From positions 1 through 64,000 of the IMG/VR virus record IMGVR_UViG_3300035698_029839: DNA of 64,000 bases; one strand, written 5' to 3'. Under the pieces are notes generated by a model. That model was not told the origin of the DNA. It was given only the letters and a program-made list of their open reading frames with translations, and did not search any database. A program made the translations under genes and the position numbers. Positions 1-11,151 of this stretch are shown here, piece by piece; within the stretch, counting starts at the first letter, position 1, and every line of letters begins with the position of its first letter.

Positions 1-1
1 A

Positions 2-1336
2 GTTGAAGATTCTCTAGAGTATAGTAATGGGACTTATAACGGAGAGAACACGTCAACTAGAAGTGTAGATGGGATTATTAATAGAGCATTAAATTTTACT
101 GGTACTCCTGATTATATAACTACTAATGATACTTTTTTATCTACTTTTCAAGATAGTTTTAGTATAAATTTATGGGTAAAACCCGATAACGGACACCCAC
201 TTGCAAATCAATTTTTCTGCGGAACTTCAGGTGCAGGTGATGATCTTTTTATCTATTTTAAACCAACAGGAGATCTTATCGTATCTTATACAGCAATAGG
301 AAGTGTAACAGCAACTTTTGCTAATGCATTTATTGATGGACAAGAAACGTGGCATATGATTACTGTTGTTGTAGAAGCTGTAACCGCTGCTACTGCTCGT
401 GTTTTAATTTATTTTGATAGAGTTTTAGAAGCAACTGGTGTAACAGTTCTTTGTAATATGAGTGGTTATGAAAATACAGAAGAATTATATTTTGGAGCTG
501 ATAATAATGGAGGGGTTGCATCATTATTTTATGATGGAGATATAGACAATATTTCTATTCATAATAAAATTCTTTCTCAAGATGAAATAGATTTTTTATA
601 TAACAGCGGAAGCGGAACAGAAGATTTGTCAGAATATTCTAATTCTATTACTTTTGAAGATACGTTAGGTGGTTTTACTGGAAATGGTTATATGATCTCT
701 AAAGAATTTTTTGGAATTTATGATTATTTGACTATTAACTATCCTGTTAAAGCAATAACTCCAGATACATATAATTTATGGATTAGATGTATAAATATTA
801 ATGATGATAGTTTTAAAGCAGAAATACTCATAGATGGTAATATATCTAAAACTATCAGCACTTTTATAGATAATCCTTCTGATGGTTTAGAATGGTCATG
901 GATTAATACTACTATTGTTCTTCCTGATTCAAGAGAACATGTTCTGGGAATAAGAATAAAGGGAAATGGTGTAGCAATTGATAAGATATATATAGAAGCT
1001 GATAGTGATGTTCCTTATACTGAAGGCCCTGAGTATAGTGTTAGTCCATATCTAACTGCTCACATGAGAGTTTATGATTCTTTGCACGGAGAGCCAGGGT
1101 CACCCCTTTTTATTTATGATTATAAAAACAGTATAGCTGAAATTATTCAAGATGATTGGTACAATTTTGATATAAAGGTGATGGATGATACTCATGGGTA
1201 TAATCGGGCAAATGATTTTACTGAAAATTATTATTTGGTTATGTCTGTAACGGGTTCTAATACATCTAATTTTATTATTTGGGAATTGGTTGATAATGAT
1301 GAATATGAAGCACCATCATCAGCAATTAAGTTTTAA
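2..1336 (+). CDS. LamG/concanavalin-like domain virion protein (5'-truncated by window edge)
   Basis: The frame of ORF 356..1336 is open back to position 2 (VEDSLEYSNG...RALNFTG...FSINLWVKP...WHMITVV...GDIDNISIHNKILSQDEI), a typical LamG signature. Confidence 0.75.
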   Translation, partial: VEDSLEYSNGTYNGENTSTRSVDGIINRALNFTGTPDYITTNDTFLSTFQDSFSINLWVKPDNGHPLANQFFCGTSGAGDDLFIYFKPTGDLIVSYTAIGSVTATFANAFIDGQETWHMITVVVEAVTAATARVLIYFDRVLEATGVTVLCNMSGYENTEELYFGADNNGGVASLFYDGDIDNISIHNKILSQDEIDFLYNSGSGTEDLSEYSNSITFEDTLGGFTGNGYMISKEFFGIYDYLTINYPVKAITPDTYNLWIRCININDDSFKAEILIDGNISKTISTFIDNPSDGLEWSWINTTIVLPDSREHVLGIRIKGNGVAIDKIYIEADSDVPYTEGPEYSVSPYLTAHMRVYDSLHGEPGSPLFIYDYKNSIAEIIQDDWYNFDIKVMDDTHGYNRANDFTENYYLVMSVTGSNTSNFIIWELVDNDEYEAPSSAIKF

Positions 1337-1347
1337 GGAAATGTTTA

Positions 1348-4300
1348 ATGTCTTTTAATTTGTTAGAATATTATAAAGCTCTTAATGGAGAATCAACAGA
1401 GAGTAGCGGGGTATGGCATATTAATTATGAAAAAAGGCATGCTTATAATATTTCTAGTGACTTTGATGCTATAGATGCACATAATAAGAAAATAAACTTA
1501 CCACCATCCGAAATAGAAACTGAATTTATAAATGTATTTTCTGACAAGTTGGGTCAAAAGTTAAAAAATACCAAAATTACTAATAACGGAGATGGAACAG
1601 AAAAAATAGATTTAGAATTAGATGATAGAATTGTAACTATTATTATGGACCAGAGCGGTAGTATGACATGGAATGATCATAATAACTTTCGTCATGATGT
1701 TGTTACTGACCTAGTTAATAAAATAGAGATAAATTATCCTGGAAATATTACATATAATCTTGTTGAATATGGTGCTGATATAATTAATGTTCTATTTTTT
1801 GGTATTATTGAATCTGATATTTTTGATCCTAATGATATTAATAGTCTTAGTAAGATGATTAAAGCAGATGATCAGGCAAATTATGATGGAATGAGGGTTG
1901 TTAAGAATGATGATCATTATCCCACATCTCCTATTGATGGAGAAGTGGTTGACGAAGGGTTTATTAGTAGAATTAAGGAGGCTGGGTTAGGTGAGGGGCA
2001 GATATATTATTATACTATTTACACTTATGATAAAAATTTTAAATTTAGTGAAGGGGTTAGAGTTAAAGTTGCTCCTCAGGAAAGAATAGTACCTAGATCT
2101 ATTTCTAATTTTAGAAGTGTTGTAGATTCTGATGATTTAACAAAAGCTATTCCTTTTATAGGAATGGGCGTTAACAGAGATGATAATACTCTTGGTATAT
2201 GGCACATGGACGAAGGGGAAGGAAAATTCTTATATGATTTTAGCGATACTAATGCTATACTAGAATATAATAAAGAAGATCTCACATGGTATGAAAGTAG
2301 ATTTGTTCCAGAGGGAACTTCTGGATTATTTTTTGATGGAGAAAATGATAAAGTAGAATATATAGATACAGATGGTATTTATGCAATTAATTTCGACACA
2401 AGTAATAAATTTACGTTTATGGGATGGATTTATCCTTATGATATTAGTAGTAAACAAGTTATTTTTGGTAGAAGTAGTTCAGGAGAATTTAATTATTCAA
2501 TAAATATAAGTAGTGCTGGTAATTTGTCTGTAGAATTTACAAGTGAAGAAATAGAGGCAGATGAGTTGGTGTTGGAGCCTTATAAATGGCAACATATTGT
2601 AGTTGTTTATAACGGTGAAAATCCTTCAGGTTCTCAATTAACTTTTTATATAAATAGGCAAAGTCAAAGTAAACATTCGGTGGAAGCAACTCAGGCTTTT
2701 TCAGAAACTCATACTATTTCTATAGGGAATTTAAAACAAACTAATTTACCATATAGAGGCAAATTAACTGAATTTAGTTTTCATAATATTGACAGAGACT
2801 CTTCTTATATTGAGGCTCAATTAGATACTATTTTTATTCTCGATAAAAATGGTAATCAAGTGGGAATAGAAACAGCAGGTCTTAAGGACGATAATGGAGA
2901 TAGACTTACTGTATTTAAATACGATGTTCCTAGAGATTATAATTATGTTGGAGGAAAAGTTATTGTTGTAAGAAATGAAAAACATATTCCTTCATGGGAA
3001 GAGAACGGAGATATAATTTATCAAGAATCAGATCCTGGTTCTGGACAATTTTTTATATCTGATCCAGATGATTTTGTATTAGGAGAAAAATATTATTATA
3101 GGTTATTCACTAAAAATATTTTAGGTAATGTTAGTTTCTTATCTGATTCACCATCTTTGGAGGTAGAAATTCCCAATGCTTCAATTGATGATTATTTTTT
3201 ATCTTTAGATTCTACTATCGATTCTCCAGAATCTCCATCTACTGGGCAATTAATTACTGCTGGTAATGGTAAGGCATATTTAAGATGGAAACAAAATGAT
3301 CCTATTGATAGCAGAATAGCAAGAGTTAAAATATTTTATTCTTCTTCTGATTTTCCTGTGGTCAGTAGCAATGGAAAGTCAAATGGTCAGTTAGTTTTTA
3401 ATGGGTTAACAACAGATTCTAAATTTGTTCACAGAAATATTCCGAATGATAGAAATGCTTATTATACAATAGTGAATGTTGATAAGTATAGCAGATCATC
3501 TAATTATGATTTTAATGGGGTTCAAACAGAAAACTTTTTACATGCTTCAACAGTGCCAGTCTTTTCTGCTAGCGAAAATACATTTCCACTGATTGAGGTC
3601 AAAAACGTTAATTATGAATTAATTGATGAAAATACTATCACTATAGGTTGGGATCAACCACAAAAAAGTGTAGAAGATATAGAAGCATATTTTGATCAAA
3701 CAGTGTACATATATGGTGCTATTTCAGATGAATTTGGAGATGCTGTTTCGGAAGATACCCCTATAAAAATGAGTATTACTTCTGAAATTATAAGGGAAGA
3801 TCAGGCAGATAATGTTTTTGAGGCTATTGGTTCAAAGACTTTTAAAGATATAGATGCTTATAATTTTTTTGTTTCTAAAACTAATGATGGATTTTTTAAG
3901 GGCATCTTAAGAATGACATCTAATAGTACAATAATATCTCAAATTAAAGAAGCAACTTTTCAGATTCAGTTGAAAGCTCTAATTCCTAAGACTGGTGGAT
4001 ATGTTCCTCCTAATAATAATACTTCAGGAGGAGATCCCATATCTGAATACGCTAGTTTAATAGAAGAGCTAACAGATAGTCAAGAACTTGAGCTTTCTCA
4101 GAGTAATAATTTTTATGAGTATTACTCTAAAACGATTCAGGTACATTTTGTAAATCCTTGGGAAGTTGAATTAGTAAGTCGTGATAATCAAAAAGTTCCT
4201 CAAAGATGTTATTGTACAAGAACAGATAAAATAACAGGAAAGATATCTCTTTATGCAGAGACAGCATCTTTTAATGGGATTTATATGAAGGCAACAAATC

Positions 4301-7300
4301 CTTTTGTTGCTAGGGCAAAAATAAAATATAAGGGTCTTCCAGTAGAGTCTGGGAATATACAATTAGCGGTATGGGATGCTGATTTTTCAAATCTTTGTAA
4401 AAATGCTTGTTCTGAATCTCCCGATCCTCCACCACCTTATGAAGGGCCAAAATTACAAATTAGTACAACAGTTTTTCCTCCAGATACTTACTTGTCTGTT
4501 ATCCAGGGGCAAGAAGAAACTTATACTGGTAGTGGAGTGTACACGGATATATCTTATGTTGATATCCCGTTATACGCTCCAGATCTTCCTCAAGCTGTTA
4601 GATTATTTGCAAAGGGAGAAAAGGCAGGATATTCTTCTGTAAAAGATATATATATTCTTTTTCAAAGTATACTTCAAATTGATATAGATGAAGATAGTAA
4701 TAGTGATGGTTTGGTTGTTGATGGGAAAGATATTGCAGAATTTAGAGCTAATGCTTTTATTATTAATCCTGATTATCCCAATTATAATATTCCTGATTCG
4801 CTTGATGCTTCTTTAGTTACATATCCTGAAGATTTAACAGTTGTTGAATGGGAAAGCGGTCAGCGTCAGCAGCTTAAAATTGATGGAGATGTTACAGAAT
4901 TTAGCGGAATTGCACCAATTTACTCTACAGATAATGTTCCCCTAACAAATGGCGTTTGGTCTTATACCCGTAACGGAACTGCAAGGAACGCTTTTATGGG
5001 GCCTGTTTCTAAGGGAGATGAAAAAATATATGAAGATTATGTAATTAAAGCCTCAATTGTATATCAAGGTTTGTCATCATTCGCCAAAACTACTTTCACT
5101 GTAGGCCCTTATAACCCTCAGAAATTTGATAGAACATCGGCTAGATTTCTAATGGAAGTAGATGGAGGATGGAGGGGGGAGCTTCCTAATCAATTGTATG
5201 GAGGTGGAGGTTGGGGGCCAGCTGAAGATTGGTCTTTGTGGACTGATGGTATTAATTATAAAAAAATAAAAATAAGTAGGAATCCAAGAATAGCTATAGA
5301 TGGATCAGGAGTAAACGAATTTTCTTACTCTGATTGTTTTAGGAATTGTGCTACATTAGATGATAATGAAATATTAGAATTGAGTTCTGGGCAGGTGGTG
5401 GAAGTTTCATTAGGTTCAGATGGTCTTAATACCCCAGCCTTAGCTGCTGGAGATTTTGCTCCTCTTGCATCAAAAGAAATAGAGATTTTACATGGAGAAA
5501 TAAACGAAATAGAAGATTCTTATACTGGATTGCATTATTTAGAATTAGGGGAAGGAGGATTTATAGATAAGGGAACTGCTTTTATTGAACTTAATTCAGA
5601 AGACGTGTCTGATGTTACTTATTTTTACATAAGAGTTAATAAAAATATTCCAGGCGCAGGACCAGTTTCTGAAGAGGGTTGTGATTGGCCAGAACCTGTA
5701 ACTATTAATGATTGTCTTTGTCTTGGTGATTCGGATGGGATAACAGAGTGCGATATACCTGCATGGAAACCAACAACATATGTCTCTGGTAAAACTACAG
5801 TATTTTTAAATAATAATCCATTAGTTTTATCTGGCGGTGGAACTATGTTTAATGGAATTCCTCCTTGTCCTATATGTCTAAACGAACCTTTGTATATGGA
5901 GGCTGTGTGGAGAAAAGTTACGAATTATTATTATAGCGAAGAATTTGGAGACCCTTCAAATGATTTCCTTTATCCTATTGAGATATTTACGGATAAAAAT
6001 AATTTTTTGGATGATGATGGAGAAACACTTATTAAACACACTTCTGATGTAGATATAAGAGTTAAAGTTTTTTGGAGGGGGCAAAATATTCCTGATGGAA
6101 CTCCTGTATATGTTTCGGTAGGAGACAATACTGCTTCTTCATTATTTGTTGCTAGTAGGAATGTTTATTATACCCAAACAGATGATGTGGTTAATTATAG
6201 TTATGTGGATGTTCGTATTAATGCTCGTAGATATATAGGAACAACAACAACAGAACAAATAGAAATATTTTCCATTTATGACGAAAATAAAAAAACAGTA
6301 AGACATATTGGAAATAATTTTTCTCTTACTTTAGATAAAAAAGATAAAGAGGTAGAAGGAATACCAGACCTTCCAACAGATCCAAGTCTTGGTATTATTT
6401 TTGAACCACCTCCTATTACGCCATATTCTGCAACAGTGCATAGGTACCATATTCTAACGGATAGCTGGAGTCAAGTATCTAATATGGCAGAAGGTCGTGG
6501 AAATGGATTTTCAGGATCGGTAGGTAATTATATTTATTATATGGGGGGGTTATTAGGTAACAGTCTTAATGTATCTGATAGGAATGAGAGATATGATGTT
6601 ATAAATGATGAGTGGAGTGATGTTGAGGCATTGCCTACCTCTCGTTTCGGGGGCATGTCGGTTACTATCGGAGATGATATATATTTAATAGGAGGTATTT
6701 TTCCTGATGTTAAAAATGGTGGAGAGCTTTCCGTTACGACTCTAGTGGAAGTTTACCATGCGGATGTTGATATGTGGGAGGAGTTAGAGCATATGCCAAT
6801 TGTTAATAATCTTACTGCTTTTGAAGAAGAATTAGGGGTAGCATTTGGAACGATAACTCATACTATTATAGATGGCCAAAATTATATTTATGTTATGAGT
6901 GGGTTTAAGAAGGCAACTATTACTACGAGTCAGTTTAATATACAGGAATATAATCAAAGAATTTTAAGATATCATGTGGAGGGTGATGTGTGGGAGTATT
7001 CTGATGTTTTAAGGAGTAATGAATTGAGCACGTATGAGAGACTTTCTCCTTTATCTATCGTGTTTGATAATAAGATAGTAGTATTTAATGGTGCAATTAT
7101 GGTTAATGATAATTTTATCTATCCATCAGAAGATTTTTATATTAATACTAAAGGTTCTTTTGTAACTCCATCATCTGGAGAGTGGGTAACTATGGGGAGT
7201 GGTTTCATGGGAGATTTTCCAGAGCCTAAATTCCAATCAGCTATGGCTGAATATAATTTAAATCCTTCTGCTGATCATGCAGATTATTATATTTTTGGAG

Positions 7301-7545
7301 GATTTAATGATAACTCTCCGAGTTTAAATATTTTAGAAAAAATTGCTGCTAAGGATGGGGTTTTTAATTATTCGTCTAGTTATACTAATATAGATCCTTC
7401 AATAGATTTAATAGCTATGTCTACTGGCAAACATGGTGCTAGTGCTGAATTTTCTGATGCTAGTGGATCTCCATATATTTATTTAATGGGTGGTTATACG
7501 ATTAATAAGGATGATGATTATGTTGATATTTCATTTGGGATTTAA
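1348..7545 (+). CDS. Giant virion/baseplate-type protein: VWA N-half (DQSGS), LamG domain, Ig/FN3-like region, C-terminal Kelch repeats
   Basis: IIMDQSGSM MIDAS motif; GIWHMDEGEG...FTFMGWIYP...WQHIVVVY LamG; Kelch-type GG/Y/W repeats (YIYYMGG...YDVINDEWS, IYLIGG...YHADVDMW). Confidence 0.7.
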   Translation: MSFNLLEYYKALNGESTESSGVWHINYEKRHAYNISSDFDAIDAHNKKINLPPSEIETEFINVFSDKLGQKLKNTKITNNGDGTEKIDLELDDRIVTIIMDQSGSMTWNDHNNFRHDVVTDLVNKIEINYPGNITYNLVEYGADIINVLFFGIIESDIFDPNDINSLSKMIKADDQANYDGMRVVKNDDHYPTSPIDGEVVDEGFISRIKEAGLGEGQIYYYTIYTYDKNFKFSEGVRVKVAPQERIVPRSISNFRSVVDSDDLTKAIPFIGMGVNRDDNTLGIWHMDEGEGKFLYDFSDTNAILEYNKEDLTWYESRFVPEGTSGLFFDGENDKVEYIDTDGIYAINFDTSNKFTFMGWIYPYDISSKQVIFGRSSSGEFNYSINISSAGNLSVEFTSEEIEADELVLEPYKWQHIVVVYNGENPSGSQLTFYINRQSQSKHSVEATQAFSETHTISIGNLKQTNLPYRGKLTEFSFHNIDRDSSYIEAQLDTIFILDKNGNQVGIETAGLKDDNGDRLTVFKYDVPRDYNYVGGKVIVVRNEKHIPSWEENGDIIYQESDPGSGQFFISDPDDFVLGEKYYYRLFTKNILGNVSFLSDSPSLEVEIPNASIDDYFLSLDSTIDSPESPSTGQLITAGNGKAYLRWKQNDPIDSRIARVKIFYSSSDFPVVSSNGKSNGQLVFNGLTTDSKFVHRNIPNDRNAYYTIVNVDKYSRSSNYDFNGVQTENFLHASTVPVFSASENTFPLIEVKNVNYELIDENTITIGWDQPQKSVEDIEAYFDQTVYIYGAISDEFGDAVSEDTPIKMSITSEIIREDQADNVFEAIGSKTFKDIDAYNFFVSKTNDGFFKGILRMTSNSTIISQIKEATFQIQLKALIPKTGGYVPPNNNTSGGDPISEYASLIEELTDSQELELSQSNNFYEYYSKTIQVHFVNPWEVELVSRDNQKVPQRCYCTRTDKITGKISLYAETASFNGIYMKATNPFVARAKIKYKGLPVESGNIQLAVWDADFSNLCKNACSESPDPPPPYEGPKLQISTTVFPPDTYLSVIQGQEETYTGSGVYTDISYVDIPLYAPDLPQAVRLFAKGEKAGYSSVKDIYILFQSILQIDIDEDSNSDGLVVDGKDIAEFRANAFIINPDYPNYNIPDSLDASLVTYPEDLTVVEWESGQRQQLKIDGDVTEFSGIAPIYSTDNVPLTNGVWSYTRNGTARNAFMGPVSKGDEKIYEDYVIKASIVYQGLSSFAKTTFTVGPYNPQKFDRTSARFLMEVDGGWRGELPNQLYGGGGWGPAEDWSLWTDGINYKKIKISRNPRIAIDGSGVNEFSYSDCFRNCATLDDNEILELSSGQVVEVSLGSDGLNTPALAAGDFAPLASKEIEILHGEINEIEDSYTGLHYLELGEGGFIDKGTAFIELNSEDVSDVTYFYIRVNKNIPGAGPVSEEGCDWPEPVTINDCLCLGDSDGITECDIPAWKPTTYVSGKTTVFLNNNPLVLSGGGTMFNGIPPCPICLNEPLYMEAVWRKVTNYYYSEEFGDPSNDFLYPIEIFTDKNNFLDDDGETLIKHTSDVDIRVKVFWRGQNIPDGTPVYVSVGDNTASSLFVASRNVYYTQTDDVVNYSYVDVRINARRYIGTTTTEQIEIFSIYDENKKTVRHIGNNFSLTLDKKDKEVEGIPDLPTDPSLGIIFEPPPITPYSATVHRYHILTDSWSQVSNMAEGRGNGFSGSVGNYIYYMGGLLGNSLNVSDRNERYDVINDEWSDVEALPTSRFGGMSVTIGDDIYLIGGIFPDVKNGGELSVTTLVEVYHADVDMWEELEHMPIVNNLTAFEEELGVAFGTITHTIIDGQNYIYVMSGFKKATITTSQFNIQEYNQRILRYHVEGDVWEYSDVLRSNELSTYERLSPLSIVFDNKIVVFNGAIMVNDNFIYPSEDFYINTKGSFVTPSSGEWVTMGSGFMGDFPEPKFQSAMAEYNLNPSADHADYYIFGGFNDNSPSLNILEKIAAKDGVFNYSSSYTNIDPSIDLIAMSTGKHGASAEFSDASGSPYIYLMGGYTINKDDDYVDISFGI

Positions 7546-7549
7546 ATAA

Positions 7550-10500
7550 ATGGAAACAGTTAATGAATATAAAATGATTATAGAAAAATTAGATGGTAAA
7601 CAATCTATTTCTATACCTGTTGAATTCAGAAAAGACGGAGAGTACATTACAGATTCATTAGATGTTATTGTAAAGGGATTTTTAAAATTTGAAGATAAAA
7701 CAGAATCTTCTGTTAAAAATTTAAATAAATTAGAAAATAAAACAGTTGTTTATCCTGTAGTTTTTTCAAGCGGTACTGTCCGTATTAATAATAGTAAGTG
7801 TGTTATTGTTCTCTTGCCAAGATCGGAAGATTTATTTGAGGAAACGGAGACTATTAAAGATAGATTAGAAGAAAGTATTTCTGACAGTAGTATTATATCG
7901 GAAGAAAATATAAGGTTAGATGAGGAAATTATTAATCCAATAGTTATTAAGATAGAAGCTGGGGAAACAAGAAAACCATATAAAATATCTTTGCAGATAA
8001 CTGTTACTTCCGTCAATGATAATGACTTCTACGCTCAGACAGTTGATAGAGGTACAAATCCTGAAGTTGAGGAATTTTCTGGAGCGAAGTCGTTATTTCA
8101 AAAAGAAACAGCTAGAGTTCCAAGTAATTTAATTATCGATGGGGAGACAGACTTGGAATGGATACCATCGGTTAAATTAATTTTGGGTAATAACGATAGT
8201 TCTCAAGCTTCTGTTTTGAATGAAATAAATACTTTAAAAAATTCTACTCCTCTTGGAACATCAACTATGTTTGATGCCGTTGTTGCTTCTGCTAGAATTC
8301 TATCCGATAATGATGTAAATAATAGTCAAAAAACTATATATTTATTTACTGATAATGAGGCTAATATATCAGTAGCTTCTATACAGAATGCTATTGATGA
8401 AACTAATGATATTGATGGGAGTAAGGAGGTTCCTATATTAATAGGGAATATGGCTGTTTCGGATGACGCAACCCTATCTGTAAAAGCTAATAGGTCAGAT
8501 ACTAAAACTATTAATCAATTATCTTTTGAAACTGGAGGTCAAAGCGTAACTGTGTCAGATGTAAGTTATTTGGATGATATTGTTGGGATATTTTATAGAG
8601 GAGCAGTAGGTTCTATGGGATATGGGACTTACGAATTTATAGAAGATTTTGGAGAAGAAGTTTTAATAAATAGAATTTCTGCTAATTTTGAAATACCATC
8701 TTCTGATTCTAATGCTACATGGTCCATAGAAACAAGTTTAGATGGATATAATTATACAGCAATAGATGTTGTTTATAATAACACAGATAATATTACTTTT
8801 GATAATCTTTTAGTAAGATATATTAGATTTAAAATAATTATGGTTACGGGAATTAGTTCGGTTCCTATAGATGAATATGGTACAACTCCAGATACTCCTT
8901 CTTTAGAATCTATAGAGATAATATTTAATGCTAATAAAGTAGCTTATTTATATTTAAATAAGGAAGAAGTTGATGTTCCTCCATATCAGATAACGTTGGG
9001 GGTAGATGCTAATGAAATTAATGACGATCAGATTAAAGTCGGAGTAGCTAAATCTGATGCTGTTAGTTGGACCGATTATTCAACAGAATCACAACCTGTT
9101 GTTGATCAAAATGGTAAGGTTGTTATTCCAATAAGATTTTCACAAGATGTAGCGAAATTTAAACATGAACCATTAACGAAAATAGATAATTTTGCTACAA
9201 AAACAAAATATGGAAGATGGGATCAAAATGCAAGAGTAATTATATATGATAAAAATAATGCTATAATGTCAACAGATTATTATGAAGTGCACCCTAGAGA
9301 TGGAAGGGTAGTTTTTAATACAGCATTACCTTCTGATTATCAAGATGGTGATTTTAAAATAGGTATTCTTAATATCGGAGAATATAAAGTCGGTTTAAAA
9401 TTAACTAATAAAACAGAAACAGATACACTTGATATTTATGGTATAGGGTACGAATACACAACAGGAAAAGATTTATTACCACCTATTTCTAAAGCTGTTC
9501 CAGAAGTTCAACTAGCTGTTATTTCTAATGAGGCTCCAAGTAGGTTTAGCCTTATTGAGCTTACTTATGTTTATTCTGATGCTAATTTTGATCCCGAAGA
9601 TATGGCAAATAGAGTTATTACATGGTATATAAATGGAAAGCCAATAGCGGTATTAAATAATAAAACACAATGGAATAATATTAATGATCCTAATGATCCA
9701 TTATATTCTACTACGGCATTAATGTATCCTACCACTGCACAACTAGATGGTTTATCTGTATCTGATTGGATCAAGCAACAAACAGTTTCCTTACTAAAAG
9801 CTGGAGATGTAGTCTATGTTGAAATTCAAGTTAGCGATGGAGATCTATTAAGTGATAAGACATTATCTGCTCCTGTTATAATTGTAGAGTCAGTTCCTAT
9901 TTTGACTGGTCTAACTATTAAAGGAAGAGATGAAGGTGGTAATATCATTTCTAGAATTAGTGCATCTACTGATGCTGTTATAGATCCACCTCTTGAAGAA
10001 TCTTTCTTTAGCGATAGCGGAGGTGATAATCAATCAGAAATAATATGGTATGTTAATGATGAAGTATTTAAACGAGGTATTTATGGAGATACTCTTCCCG
10101 AAAATTTATCTCCGATAACAGAGATAAGAGTTAATGACATATCTTCAGGAATTTCGATTGATTATGGTTTGAGAATTAGTAATTCTATTTATGTCCAGGT
10201 GGTTCCTCAAACAGGTAGCACTACAGGAGATTTGATTACAAGTCCTTCTATAATTGTTCAAAATTCCATACCTAAAGTTGTTGCTCTTGAATTTACTACT
10301 AACGTGTTTGTTCCAACAGTTGATATTGAATTGTCTTGGGTTTTTGATGATTTTGAAATTATAGCTTTAAGAGATGTAGATGAAACTTTTCAAGAGGACA
10401 AATCTAATGTCAAATGGTATCGAAAAAATCCAGGAGATAATAATTTTACATTAGTATATAGTTTTAATGATATAGATAATAATTTACAAGAACTTTTCTT

Positions 10501-10678
10501 TGTCGAGGAATATAGAGGATATATTTCTACCAATTTAGCAGGGTTATATAGCGTTGTTAGTAAGGATATATTATTTGCTGGGCAAGAATGGTATTGTACA
10601 ATAACTCCATATGATACAATTGATCAAGGTGATAGTAAATCGAGTTCTACTATCACAATTACATCTGCTACAAATTAA
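7550..10678 (+). CDS. Large virion protein with VWA C-half and Ig-like repeats
   Basis: GTSTMFDAV...KTIYLFTDNE...LSFETGG VWA elements; repeated I.WY.N beta-sandwich motifs. Confidence 0.6.
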   Translation: METVNEYKMIIEKLDGKQSISIPVEFRKDGEYITDSLDVIVKGFLKFEDKTESSVKNLNKLENKTVVYPVVFSSGTVRINNSKCVIVLLPRSEDLFEETETIKDRLEESISDSSIISEENIRLDEEIINPIVIKIEAGETRKPYKISLQITVTSVNDNDFYAQTVDRGTNPEVEEFSGAKSLFQKETARVPSNLIIDGETDLEWIPSVKLILGNNDSSQASVLNEINTLKNSTPLGTSTMFDAVVASARILSDNDVNNSQKTIYLFTDNEANISVASIQNAIDETNDIDGSKEVPILIGNMAVSDDATLSVKANRSDTKTINQLSFETGGQSVTVSDVSYLDDIVGIFYRGAVGSMGYGTYEFIEDFGEEVLINRISANFEIPSSDSNATWSIETSLDGYNYTAIDVVYNNTDNITFDNLLVRYIRFKIIMVTGISSVPIDEYGTTPDTPSLESIEIIFNANKVAYLYLNKEEVDVPPYQITLGVDANEINDDQIKVGVAKSDAVSWTDYSTESQPVVDQNGKVVIPIRFSQDVAKFKHEPLTKIDNFATKTKYGRWDQNARVIIYDKNNAIMSTDYYEVHPRDGRVVFNTALPSDYQDGDFKIGILNIGEYKVGLKLTNKTETDTLDIYGIGYEYTTGKDLLPPISKAVPEVQLAVISNEAPSRFSLIELTYVYSDANFDPEDMANRVITWYINGKPIAVLNNKTQWNNINDPNDPLYSTTALMYPTTAQLDGLSVSDWIKQQTVSLLKAGDVVYVEIQVSDGDLLSDKTLSAPVIIVESVPILTGLTIKGRDEGGNIISRISASTDAVIDPPLEESFFSDSGGDNQSEIIWYVNDEVFKRGIYGDTLPENLSPITEIRVNDISSGISIDYGLRISNSIYVQVVPQTGSTTGDLITSPSIIVQNSIPKVVALEFTTNVFVPTVDIELSWVFDDFEIIALRDVDETFQEDKSNVKWYRKNPGDNNFTLVYSFNDIDNNLQELFFVEEYRGYISTNLAGLYSVVSKDILFAGQEWYCTITPYDTIDQGDSKSSSTITITSATN

Positions 10679-10827
10679 GAATCATTTTCTTTAATTTTTT
10701 TAGCTACTAATTCACGTAATCCTTCACTTATTGTTTTAAAATTTTTGTCACAAATTTTATTAAATTTGTCAAACATAGATTGTCTCATTGCGAAATTAAC
10801 TAATTTATCTGTTTTTTCTTTTTCCAT
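10675..10827 (-). CDS. Small ribbon-helix-helix-like DNA-binding protein (50 aa, not in ORF track)
   Basis: Translated by hand: MEKEKTDKLVNFAMRQSMFDKFNKICDKNFKTISEGLRELVAKKIKENDS; TAAGGA RBS; paralogous to 63351..63533 (F..xC...KTIS...R). Confidence 0.6.
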   Translation of the reverse strand: MEKEKTDKLVNFAMRQSMFDKFNKICDKNFKTISEGLRELVAKKIKENDS

Positions 10828-10970
10828 TTTATTTTCCTTATAAATGCTTATTTAATATTATCGGGTATTATAAGAATTTTCTTTATATTTTAAAAATAAA
10901 AGAAGGATTTTTAATATAATATGAGAAAGTATATTATAGTTAAGTATATTTTCTTATAAGGAGTATTAAA

Positions 10971-11150
10971 ATGTTAAAAGAAAATGATAAATTATTAGCA
11001 GGGTTATCTCAATTATTTTTAAGTTACAGAGATCCAGATGAGGCTTATTGTAGAATTTTAAAAGAAGTTAAAAATTTGTATAATAAAGCGATTTTTATCG
11101 ATGTAAATAAGATACAAGAATTATCATATGGAGAGAAAGGGAATAAATAA
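10971..11150 (+). CDS. Hypothetical protein (59 aa, not in ORF track)
   Basis: AAGGAG RBS, then ATG; MLKENDKLLAG...GEKGNK, ending just before the HNH gene start. Confidence 0.55.
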   Translation: MLKENDKLLAGLSQLFLSYRDPDEAYCRILKEVKNLYNKAIFIDVNKIQELSYGEKGNK

Positions 11151-11151
11151 T

